From Planctomycetota bacterium (lineage in GTDB: Bacteria; Planctomycetota; UBA1135; GCA-002686595), in the NCBI GenBank assembly GCA_016714045.1, contig JADJNY010000006.1:287121-351120 (forward strand): a DNA stretch of 64,000 nt, given 5' to 3'. The notes under the pieces are model-generated. The model worked only from the letters and a program-made list of their open reading frames with translations. It was not told the DNA's origin and made no database searches. The position numbers and the translations under genes were made by a program. This document shows, one piece after another, positions 34,938 to 42,645 of this stretch; the first letter of the stretch is position 1, and every line of letters begins with the position of its first letter.

Positions 34938-37049
34938 ATGAAGTCCACGTTGCTCGTCTTCCTCGTCACGCTCGGCATCGTGTCCGCGGCCTCGGCGGCG
35001 CCCTGCGATCACAAACACCCCGGCTGCACGCACCACGCGGCGAAGGGCGGCCAGGTCGTGAACACGATCTCGCGCTCGGCGCCGGGGCAGGCCGTCGTGG
35101 CGATCGGGCAGTCGAACGGCGGAGCCGTCGTCGTGCGCGGCGGGTCGAGCGCGGGTGACGCGTGCGTCACGATCAACACCTCGTCGTCGGCTCCGCGCGG
35201 GTCGGCCGGCGGCGGGTCGTGCACCGTGACGATCGGTTCGGGCTCGTGCGAGGCCGCGGCATCGGCCTCGTCGGGTTGCGCGTCGACGCAGAGCTCCTGC
35301 TCGTCGAGCTCGAGCAGCTCTTCCTCGAGCGCGTGCGCCGGAGGCGGCAGCTCGTGCGCGCCGAGCGCGGCGGCGGGCTCCGATCGGGCGAGCGTCGGCG
35401 CGCGAGCGCCCCTCGCGGCCCCGCGCGCCGCGCAGGCGCCGCGTGCAGCCCGTGCACCGCGCGCGCCGCGCGCCGCTCAGGCCACGGCTCCGTGCGAACC
35501 CGCGGCTCCGTGCGCGCCGACGGCTCCGTGCGAGGCCAATGCTCCGTGCGAGGCCGGGGCTCCGGGCGCCCCGAGTGCTCCGTGCGCGCCGGCCTTGGCG
35601 CCGACGCCCGACAGTCGCGCGCTCCACACCACGGGCGCGTTGAGCGGACTGCTCGCGCCCGCGGGAACATCGATGCTCGCGACGCGACCGGCGTCGAACG
35701 ACGCGCTCCTCGGCGCGCCGTCTGCTCCGGCCGAGGACGGCGGTCGCGTCCGCAACCTGCTCGCGCGCGTGCGCTCGGCACCTGTGGTCGAAGGCACCTC
35801 GCCCGCGCCGTGCGCGCCGGACGCTGCGACGGCGCCGTGCGAAGGTGATTCCGGCTCCTACTTGGGCGTCCCGCCGCCGTGCTCGTCAGGGCCGGTGGAC
35901 GGCGATTCGGGTTCCTACTTGGGCATCGCGCCGGGCCTCGGCGCGGCGGACACGCTCGACGCGGACGTGTTCGTCGTCGAGGCGCCCGAACTCGAGGTCT
36001 TCGAGGCGATGGACTTCGCCGAGCTGCCCGACGACGTGCGCGAGGAAATCGCGGACGCTCGGCAGGAGGCCGACGAAGCGTTCCGCGAGGCGCGCCAGGA
36101 AGCCGAGGAAGCGATGCGCGAGGCGCGCGAGTCGGCGCGCGAAGCCGAGCTCGAGGCGCGCCAGCAGTGGGAACAGCACCAGGAAGCGTGGCGCGAGCAC
36201 GCGCGCGAATGGCAACAGCGCGCTCAGGAGGAAGCAAGCGCGGCGATGGAACATGCGCAGGAGATCCAAGCTCGCATGCGCGCGCAGCTCGAAGAAGTGC
36301 AGCAGCGCTCGCGTGAGCTCGTCGAACGCGCTCGCAGCCAGCAGGACCGCGCGCGTGGCACGTCGCGCTCCGGCAACTCACTGCGCGTCGGTCGTTCGAC
36401 GCAGGAACGTGGCGCCTGGGCGCGCGGCGGAGCTACCGCGCCGCAGGACCGCGCGCTCGAAGAGCGCATCGCGCGCCTCGAAGCCCTCGCACGCGAACGC
36501 CACCCCGGCGCCGTCTCCGACGACACGTCGCGCTCGCTCGAGGACCGCGTCGCGGAGCTCGAGGGGCTGCTCTCCGGCCATGGAAAGACCGCCGCCGGCG
36601 ATGCGCCGTCGATGTGGAAGTTGGGCGTGTTCTCGGGCACCCCTCCATTCCCCGGCCGGCTCGGAGTCCAGGCGCTCCCGAACGGCGCGCAGAACGAACT
36701 CCACCTCGCACCGCTCGGCGCGCAGGACGGCGTGATCGAGTTGCCGAACAACGGGCAGCTGCGCCTGCGCTCGGGCTCGACGTCCGGTCCGTGGGTCGTG
36801 ACGACCGAGGGCCCCGACGGCACGCTGCGCGTCGAGACCCGTTCCGAGGGCGGCGGACCCGCAGACGCGACCGACTCGACGGAGCCCCCGGCCGAGGTGC
36901 TCGACAGCGCGCTCCTCCAAGACGGAATCCGCGCGCAGGTCGAAGAGCGCATGCAGGCCCTCCGCCAGCAGATGGAGGAGCTCCGCGAGCGCATGCAGAA
37001 GCTGCGCGGCGAGCTCGAGCAGAGCCCGCGCCGCGCGCAAGGCCGCTGA
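34938..37049 (+). CDS. secreted Cys/His-rich, hexapeptide-repeat and coiled-coil protein (unknown function)
   Basis: AAGGAG lies 7 nt upstream of the ATG. Signal peptide MKSTLLVFLVTLGIVSAASA. Then APCDHKHPGCTHH, a Ser run, six xAPC(E/A)x hexapeptides, two DGDSGSYLG(V/I) motifs, and a long Glu/Arg/Gln-rich helical region. Confidence 0.7.
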   Translation: MKSTLLVFLVTLGIVSAASAAPCDHKHPGCTHHAAKGGQVVNTISRSAPGQAVVAIGQSNGGAVVVRGGSSAGDACVTINTSSSAPRGSAGGGSCTVTIGSGSCEAAASASSGCASTQSSCSSSSSSSSSSACAGGGSSCAPSAAAGSDRASVGARAPLAAPRAAQAPRAARAPRAPRAAQATAPCEPAAPCAPTAPCEANAPCEAGAPGAPSAPCAPALAPTPDSRALHTTGALSGLLAPAGTSMLATRPASNDALLGAPSAPAEDGGRVRNLLARVRSAPVVEGTSPAPCAPDAATAPCEGDSGSYLGVPPPCSSGPVDGDSGSYLGIAPGLGAADTLDADVFVVEAPELEVFEAMDFAELPDDVREEIADARQEADEAFREARQEAEEAMREARESAREAELEARQQWEQHQEAWREHAREWQQRAQEEASAAMEHAQEIQARMRAQLEEVQQRSRELVERARSQQDRARGTSRSGNSLRVGRSTQERGAWARGGATAPQDRALEERIARLEALARERHPGAVSDDTSRSLEDRVAELEGLLSGHGKTAAGDAPSMWKLGVFSGTPPFPGRLGVQALPNGAQNELHLAPLGAQDGVIELPNNGQLRLRSGSTSGPWVVTTEGPDGTLRVETRSEGGGPADATDSTEPPAEVLDSALLQDGIRAQVEERMQALRQQMEELRERMQKLRGELEQSPRRAQGR
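35484..35591 (+). repeat. 18-bp in-frame tandem repeat x6, encoding TAPCEP AAPCAP TAPCEA NAPCEA GAPGAP SAPCAP
   Basis: The unit GCTCCGTGCG(A/C)G recurs every 18 nt within the CDS 34938..37049. Confidence 0.8.
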
Positions 37050-37069
37050 GCGAGCCCCGTCTCCCGCAC

Positions 37070-37100
37070 GCCGCCCCGGACTCCCGGGGCGGCTGCGTTT
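37070..37100 (+). terminator. candidate intrinsic terminator between convergent genes
   Basis: GCCGCCCCGG-ACTC-CCGGGGCGGC forms a perfect 10-bp stem, followed by TGCGTTT. It lies 21 nt after the stop at 37049. Confidence 0.5.
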
Positions 37101-37108
37101 CATCGCGC

Positions 37109-37385
37109 TCACACGCGCCGCACGTCGAACCCCGCGAGCCCGCGCGGCGTCGTGCGCTCGACGCGCACCTCCGTCACGTCGGCGTGCGGCGGCCCGCGAC
37201 GGAGCCACGCGAGCAGCGCCTCGACGTCCGCGCTCTTCCCCTCGGCCCACAGCTCGACGCTGCCGTCGGGGAGGTTCTGCACCCAGCCCGCGAGGCCGCG
37301 CTCGCGCGCGACGACGCGCGTGGTGACGAAAGCCCACGCCCTGGACGAGGCCCAGCACCGTCGCGTGCACCGCGATCGACTCCAT
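37109..37385 (-). pseudogene. acyP: acylphosphatase; frame broken by one extra base near 37322-37331
   Basis: ATG at 37385 gives MESIAVHATVLGLVQGVGFR, the acylphosphatase signature. The +1 frame then continues (F)VTTRVVARERGLAGWVQNLPDGSVELWAEGKSADVEALLAWLRRGPPHADVTEVRVE..GFDVRRV to TGA at 37109-37111. The span is 277 nt, which is 3n+1. Confidence 0.8.
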
Positions 37386-37539
37386 GCCTCGAGGATGGCG
37401 CGCGCATGGGCTCGTTTCCAGGCGCGCGCGCGCGGCCGAGCCCTCCTCGCACGCGGCGGGCCTCGCGCGCGCGCTCCCGCGGCGGGATTCCCTCCCGCGC
37501 CGTTCCCCGCCGCCGGAGGCCCGCCCCTATCATGTCGGG

Positions 37540-39435
37540 ATGCTCCTCGCGGCCGCGATCGCCTTCCTCACCCTCCAGACGACTCCCCTCCCGGCCGAGC
37601 TCGCCGGTCCGTGGCGCGCGACGCTCGCGAGCCCCGGTGGAGAGCTCCCGTTCGCGCTCGAGCTCGACACCGCGGGCGCCGCGCGCGTGAAGAACGGCAC
37701 GGAGGTCGTCGACGTCCCCGAGGTGCGCTTCGAGCAGGGCGAGCTCGTCCTCGCGTTCCCCCACTACGACTCGGCGATCCGCGCGCGCCTCGTCGCGGGC
37801 GTGCTCGAAGGCACGTGGACGAAGCGCGGCTCGACGGACGAGCCGCAGCGCCTCGCGTTCCGCGCGACGAAGGGCGCGGGCGCGCGCTTCACGCCGGCCG
37901 GAACGGGCGACGCGAGCGCGCCGCCCTCGATCGCGGGCCGCTGGAACGCCACCTTCGCGAAGGAGTCGCGCCCGGCCGTCGGCGTGTTCGAAGCGCGCGG
38001 CAGCGACGTGACGGGGACGTTCCTCACCTCGACCGGCGACTACCGCTACCTCGCGGGCGACTACTCCGGCGGGCGTCTGCGCCTCTCGTGCTTCGACGGC
38101 GCGCACGCGTTCCTGTTCGACGCGCGCGCGAACGCGGACGGCCTCGCGGGCACGTTCCACTCCGGCACGTCGTGGACGGACACGTGGACGGCGAAGCGCG
38201 ACGACGCGGCGCAGCTCGACGATCCCTGGAAGCTCACCACGTGGGACGACAGCATGCCGCTCCCGTTGCTCGTGTTCCCCGACCTCTCGGGCCAGTCGCG
38301 CTCGCTCGGCGAGTGGCAGTCGACGGCGAAGGCCTTCGTGCTCGTCCTCTTCGGCTCGTGGTGTCCGAACTGCCACGACGAACTCGCCGACCTGGCCGAG
38401 CTCGACCGCCGTCTGCGGCCGAAGGGGCTCTCGATCGTCGCGCTCGCCTTCGAGCAGATCGGCGATTTCGAGCGCGACGCGCAGCAGATCCGCCGCGCGA
38501 TGCTGCGTCACAAGGCGTCGTTCCCCGTGCTGCTCGGCGGCCGCTCGATGAAGGAGAAGGCCGCGGAGGCGCTCCCCGGTCTCTCCGGCGTGCAGGCCTA
38601 CCCGACGACGATCTTCTTCCACCGCGACGGACGGCCCCGCGCGGTGCACACGGGCTACAGCGGACCGGGAACCGGCGCGGCGCACACGGCGCTCGTCGCG
38701 GAGTTCGAGGCGATCGCGCAGGAGCTCCTCGACGAACCGGGTCCGGACCAGCGCGAGCTCTGGACGCGCCTCGCGTCGGGTCGCTGGGTCGACCAGCCCC
38801 ACTACTTCACGACGACGATCTTCAAGGACGACCAGGGCGCGAAGTTCCTGTCCGACGATCCGATCTGGATGCCCGAGTCGCCGGAAGACCAGATCATGCG
38901 CACCGTGCGCGTCCAGGGCCCGTCCGTGTGGTTCGAGGACCGCCTCTACGCCTACGACTCCGCCACGTCCGTGTTCCTCGACCCGTTCGACACGGGACAC
39001 CGCGTCGTCGCGGAGAGCCCGATGGGCAAGGAGCCGCCGTGCCCGATCTGGACCATGCTGCCGGAGCAGATCGACGAAGCGAGCCGCAGCACGAGCGCGC
39101 GCCTGCGCCGCGAGGCGCTCTACGTCTCTGTGCGCGCGCTCCGCGAAGGGAAGCGCGAGACGGCGCTGGACGTCGCGGGCTTCCTCGACGATCCCGACGT
39201 CTTCGTGCGCTGCGTCGCCGCGTGGGTCGCGGGCGAGCTCAAGCTCGACACGGCGCTGCCGAAGCTGCTCCAGAACGCGGGCCACGGCTTCGGCCCGCTG
39301 CGCCGCGAGGTCGCGCGCGCGTTGCGCCGGCTCGGACGCGCGGAGACTCGGTCGACGCTCGAGGCGCTCGCGCGCGACATCGACCCGCTCGTGCGCCAGC
39401 ACGCGAAGGTCGCGCTCGACGCGCTCCCCCGCTGA
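37540..39435 (+). CDS. secreted TlpA/ResA-like thioredoxin-fold protein with C-terminal HEAT-like repeats
   Basis: ATG at 37540 gives the signal peptide MLLAAAIAFLTLQ. Thioredoxin motif is VLVLFGSWCPNCHDEL, with ..YPTTIFFHRDG. The C-terminus has DPDVFVRCVAAWVAGEL and DIDPLVRQHAKVAL, which are HEAT-like. TATCAT ends 6 nt before the ATG. Confidence 0.7.
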   Translation: MLLAAAIAFLTLQTTPLPAELAGPWRATLASPGGELPFALELDTAGAARVKNGTEVVDVPEVRFEQGELVLAFPHYDSAIRARLVAGVLEGTWTKRGSTDEPQRLAFRATKGAGARFTPAGTGDASAPPSIAGRWNATFAKESRPAVGVFEARGSDVTGTFLTSTGDYRYLAGDYSGGRLRLSCFDGAHAFLFDARANADGLAGTFHSGTSWTDTWTAKRDDAAQLDDPWKLTTWDDSMPLPLLVFPDLSGQSRSLGEWQSTAKAFVLVLFGSWCPNCHDELADLAELDRRLRPKGLSIVALAFEQIGDFERDAQQIRRAMLRHKASFPVLLGGRSMKEKAAEALPGLSGVQAYPTTIFFHRDGRPRAVHTGYSGPGTGAAHTALVAEFEAIAQELLDEPGPDQRELWTRLASGRWVDQPHYFTTTIFKDDQGAKFLSDDPIWMPESPEDQIMRTVRVQGPSVWFEDRLYAYDSATSVFLDPFDTGHRVVAESPMGKEPPCPIWTMLPEQIDEASRSTSARLRREALYVSVRALREGKRETALDVAGFLDDPDVFVRCVAAWVAGELKLDTALPKLLQNAGHGFGPLRREVARALRRLGRAETRSTLEALARDIDPLVRQHAKVALDALPR

Positions 39436-39447
39436 CGCGCCCCCGCG

Positions 39448-40080
39448 CTACGGCCGGACGTTCGCGGCGCCGCCGGTGCGCGCGTGCGGCGCGGGGTCGA
39501 GCTCCCCCGAGTGCATGCGGTGGTCGAACGGGAGCGCACGCAGGACGCGCGCCTCCGCGGCGCGGAGCTCGGCGAGGCGTTCCTGCACGCGCTCGGCGGC
39601 GTAGTGCTCCTTCGCGAGCTCGACGAACAGCGCCTGGTGCGCCGCCTCGCTCGGCACGAGCCCACGGTAGAACGCGGCGAGCTCGCGATCGTGGAGGTGT
39701 TCGGCGAGCAGGTGGAAGCGCTCGAGGCTGCGCGCCTCGATCAGCGCCGCCACGAGGAGCCGGTCGAGGAGCAGCTCCTCCTTCCGGTGCGCGCGCGCGG
39801 CGAGCAATCCCTCCGCGTACGGGTTCGCTCGCGCGGGGAGCAGCGTCCCGCCGCGCTTCGCGAGCTCGTCGAGCACGAGCTCGAAGTGCAGGAGCTCTTC
39901 GCGCGCGACGGCGCTCATGCGCTGCACGAGCGCTGCGTGCTCCGTGTACTTGACGATGAGCGCCTGCGCGGACGCCGCGGCGCGAAGCTCGCAGTGCGCG
40001 TGGTCGGAGAGCAGCTCGACCGGCCGCGTTTCGACGCGCGCGACCCAGTCGGGGGTGGTCAGGACGTCGAGTCGCCACAT
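39448..40080 (-). CDS. miaE: tRNA-(ms2io6A)-hydroxylase
   Basis: LLSDHAHCELRAAASAQALI, REELLHFELVL and ALIEARSLERF are di-iron helical-bundle motifs of the MiaE family. Confidence 0.75.
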   Translation of the reverse strand: MWRLDVLTTPDWVARVETRPVELLSDHAHCELRAAASAQALIVKYTEHAALVQRMSAVAREELLHFELVLDELAKRGGTLLPARANPYAEGLLAARAHRKEELLLDRLLVAALIEARSLERFHLLAEHLHDRELAAFYRGLVPSEAAHQALFVELAKEHYAAERVQERLAELRAAEARVLRALPFDHRMHSGELDPAPHARTGGAANVRP

Positions 40081-40093
40081 GCGCGCGGCCCCG

Positions 40094-40669
40094 TCAGCCC
40101 CCGAGCTTCTTGCCCGGCACCCAGAGGACGTCGCCGCGCCCGTGGTCGTTCAGCACGCGTCCGAGCACGAACAAGAAGTCCGAGAGCCGGTTCAGGTACT
40201 TCACGACCTCGACGTTCACGCGCTCGTTCTCGCCGGGGAGCTCGCGCAGCTCCGTGACGAGCCGCTCCGCGCGACGGCACACGTTGCGCGCGAGGTGCAG
40301 CCAGGCCGACGCCATCGTCCCGCCGGGCAGGATGAAGCTCTTGAGCGGGGCGAGGTGCTCGTTCTCGCGGTCGATGAGCTGCTCCAGCTTCGTCGTGTAC
40401 GCGGGGGTGAGGCGCAGGCGCGCTCCCGCGTCCCCGGGCACGCACAGGTCCGCGCCCACGTCGAAGAGGTCGTTCTGGATCTCTTGCAGCTCGCCGTGCA
40501 GCGGCTCGGGGATCCCGTGCGCGAGCGCGAGCCCGAGCACGGACGAGAGCTCGTCCACGGTGCCGTAGGCGGCGACGCGCAGGTGGTGCTTCGGCACGCG
40601 CGTGCCGTCGCCGAGGCTCGTCTCGCCTTCGTCTCCGCCGCGCGTGTAGATGCGATCGAGTCGGACCAT
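40094..40669 (-). CDS. PduO-type ATP:cob(I)alamin adenosyltransferase
   Basis: ATG at 40669. Motifs MVRLDRIYTRGGDEGETSLGDGTRVPKHHLRVAAYGTVDELSSVLG.., FILPGG and YLNRLSDFLFVL. Confidence 0.85.
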   Translation of the reverse strand: MVRLDRIYTRGGDEGETSLGDGTRVPKHHLRVAAYGTVDELSSVLGLALAHGIPEPLHGELQEIQNDLFDVGADLCVPGDAGARLRLTPAYTTKLEQLIDRENEHLAPLKSFILPGGTMASAWLHLARNVCRRAERLVTELRELPGENERVNVEVVKYLNRLSDFLFVLGRVLNDHGRGDVLWVPGKKLGG

Positions 40670-40743
40670 GGTGCGTTCCTTGGGGGTCATCCTCCGGGGA
40701 GGTCGAGGACGAGGCAAGCCTGGAGTGACGGAGGCCTGCGCGC

Positions 40744-40975
40744 GATCGTGTTGGTCGGGACGCGATGGCCGGACGAGACGATCGTCTCGGTCGGGAGCGC
40801 GATTGCCGGATGGGGCGATGCAGGGGAAAGGGGCGCAACGAGGCGCATCGGCTGCTTCGCATTCCGGACCCCGCGCAAGCCAAGACCGGAGGACCGGTCC
40901 TGGCTTGCGCGGGGTTCTACGGGCTCTCGGCAACGGGCGATGGACGGGGCGTGGAGGTGTGGGGTGCGGCTTGGT
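40744..40975 (-). repeat. interspersed intergenic repeat, copy R3 (internal duplication of the distal block)
   Basis: Ends at the stop codon of 40976..42556. The hairpin at 40869-40914 is CCCCGCGCAAGCCAAGACCGG-AGGA-CCGGTCCTGGCTTGCGCGGGG. The flanks TGCTTCGCATTCCGGAC and GTTCTACGGGCTCTCGGCAACG match R2, R4 and the reverse complement of R1. Confidence 0.8.
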
Positions 40976-42556
40976 TCATGGCAGGGCGAGGCGTAGTTCG
41001 AACGAGCGCAGTTTGTACCGGCCGGGAGTCGCGCCGCAGCGCAGGCGCAGCGGGCCGAGCAGGTCTTCGGCGTCGAGCTTCACGTGGACGAGGCTGCGGC
41101 CGGTCGGAACGGGCGCGCTCGCGATCTGGCCGCGGTGGAAGCGCGGCAGGCGGCTCGTGCGGTAGAGAACGTCGAGCCGGTCTGGGTGAGACGATTCGAC
41201 CTCGATGCGCGCGAGGGCGACGCGTCCCGACGGGAATGCCGGCACGTCGAGCTCGACGAGGCCCGCCGCGCCCGCGGAGTGCTCGAGCACGAGCGCGCCC
41301 TCCTCGCGCGTGACGCGCGTCCCGTCGACGCCGCGCACCGCGAGCGGCTCGCGCGCGACGTCGAGCACGAAGTGCGCGCCCGCGCTGCGCTCGAACTCGC
41401 GGGAGAGCGCATCCTCCACCCCCGCTCCCCCAGGATCCGGCAGTGCGAACGGCAGCTCGAGCAGGAGCCGCCGCTCGGCGAAGAGCTCGATCACGACGTC
41501 CGGCTGCTCGGCCCGCACGCGCGCCGCGTCGAAGTGCGGATCGAACACGAACGTCGCGCGGCCGAAGCAGAGCGCGAAGAGCTTGCGCACGCGTTCACCG
41601 AACGAGTCGTGGAAGACGAGCAAGCTCGGGCGATCCGCGCCCGGGCCCGCGACGCGCACGACGTCTCCCTCGCGCTCGACGGGCTCCGCGAAGTCGCGCT
41701 GAAGCACGTCGAGCACGCGCGCCTCCTGGCGCAGGAGGCCCGAGAGCCGCAGCCGGTGCGCCCACGTGTCGCCTTCGGCGGGATCGAACTCCCAGCACAG
41801 GCGCTCGATCGGCACCGGTGCGAGGTCGGGGAAGCGTGCGCGCGCCGCGTCGACGAGCACGCGGTGCACCGCGTACCCGCCGCGGTCCGTCCAGTGCGTC
41901 CCGAGCGGGTAGTAGGCGAAGTCACGGTCGTGATCGCGGTCCTTCTCGGCTCGGAGCGCTGGACGCAAGTCGACGAGCCGCAGGTCCGATCGTTCGGCGA
42001 GCCACGCGACGAGCTGGTCCTGCACGCCCGGCCCGATCGGCTCGTGACCGGCGGGGAGACGCTCGGGGTAGATCGAGTTCTTCTCGGGTGCGAGCGCGAC
42101 GATGTACTCGGCTCCGAGCGACGCGCAGAACGCGCGGCGACTCTCGAGCGCCTTGCGCCACGCCTCGAGTCGAGCGCGCGTGAGCTCCGCGCGCCCCTGG
42201 CTCGCGTCGAGGATCCCGAGCAGCGTCGGGAAGATCCACCCGTCGCGCCCTACGAGCAGCGGCTCGCCCGGCGACGCGCGGAAGTGCAGCACGCGGAGCC
42301 GGCTGTTCCAGTGCAGCAGGACGTCGCGCAAGCCGAGCGCATCGCCGTACCACGCCTCGAACGCGCGCGGGAAGGCGCGGACGGAGTCGAGCGCGGGCCC
42401 GAGCGTCGGGAAGGGCTCCGGGAGCCGCGCTTCGAGCTCGACGTCGCGCCGTGCTTCGGGCCGAAGGAGGGAGTCGACGGCGGGCGCGAGCAACGCGGCA
42501 GCGAAGAGCACGATGCACGCCGTGTCGAACACGCCGCGGCGTCCGCCGGTCGTCAT
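40976..42556 (-). CDS. AlgJ/AlgX-like (SGNH-like) polysaccharide O-acetyltransferase family protein
   Basis: ATG at 42556 gives a TM anchor (FDTACIVLFAAALLAP). Motifs ALAPEKNSIYPERLP and FAYYPLGTHWTDRGGY (D/T-H-W-T). The C-terminal region is beta-rich. Confidence 0.65.
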   Translation of the reverse strand: MTTGGRRGVFDTACIVLFAAALLAPAVDSLLRPEARRDVELEARLPEPFPTLGPALDSVRAFPRAFEAWYGDALGLRDVLLHWNSRLRVLHFRASPGEPLLVGRDGWIFPTLLGILDASQGRAELTRARLEAWRKALESRRAFCASLGAEYIVALAPEKNSIYPERLPAGHEPIGPGVQDQLVAWLAERSDLRLVDLRPALRAEKDRDHDRDFAYYPLGTHWTDRGGYAVHRVLVDAARARFPDLAPVPIERLCWEFDPAEGDTWAHRLRLSGLLRQEARVLDVLQRDFAEPVEREGDVVRVAGPGADRPSLLVFHDSFGERVRKLFALCFGRATFVFDPHFDAARVRAEQPDVVIELFAERRLLLELPFALPDPGGAGVEDALSREFERSAGAHFVLDVAREPLAVRGVDGTRVTREEGALVLEHSAGAAGLVELDVPAFPSGRVALARIEVESSHPDRLDVLYRTSRLPRFHRGQIASAPVPTGRSLVHVKLDAEDLLGPLRLRCGATPGRYKLRSFELRLALP

Positions 42557-42645
42557 CTGGAGCTCCGCGTGGGAAGCGCGTCCTCGGGTCGCATGGAGCA
42601 CGGAGGCATCGTCGGAGCGTTCGTCCCGTCCCGCAAGGAAGCGGC

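Noticed and set aside
40915-40921. A REP-like GTAG head next to the hairpin (CTAC on the plus strand of R3), which would suggest RAYT-mobilised REPs.
   Set aside because: Only one of the four copies has GTAG. The others read ATAG, GTCG and ATTG, and no RAYT/IS200-like gene is present in the window. I keep it only as a hypothesis to test genome-wide.
40744-40975. Repeat copy R3 considered as a cobalamin riboswitch, because it lies upstream of the cob(I)alamin adenosyltransferase gene.
   Set aside because: The same element occurs next to unrelated genes (ECF sigma, FG-GAP, AlgJ-like). I could not find a B12-box-like consensus. The hairpin sequence GCCAGGACCGGTCC only loosely resembles one.
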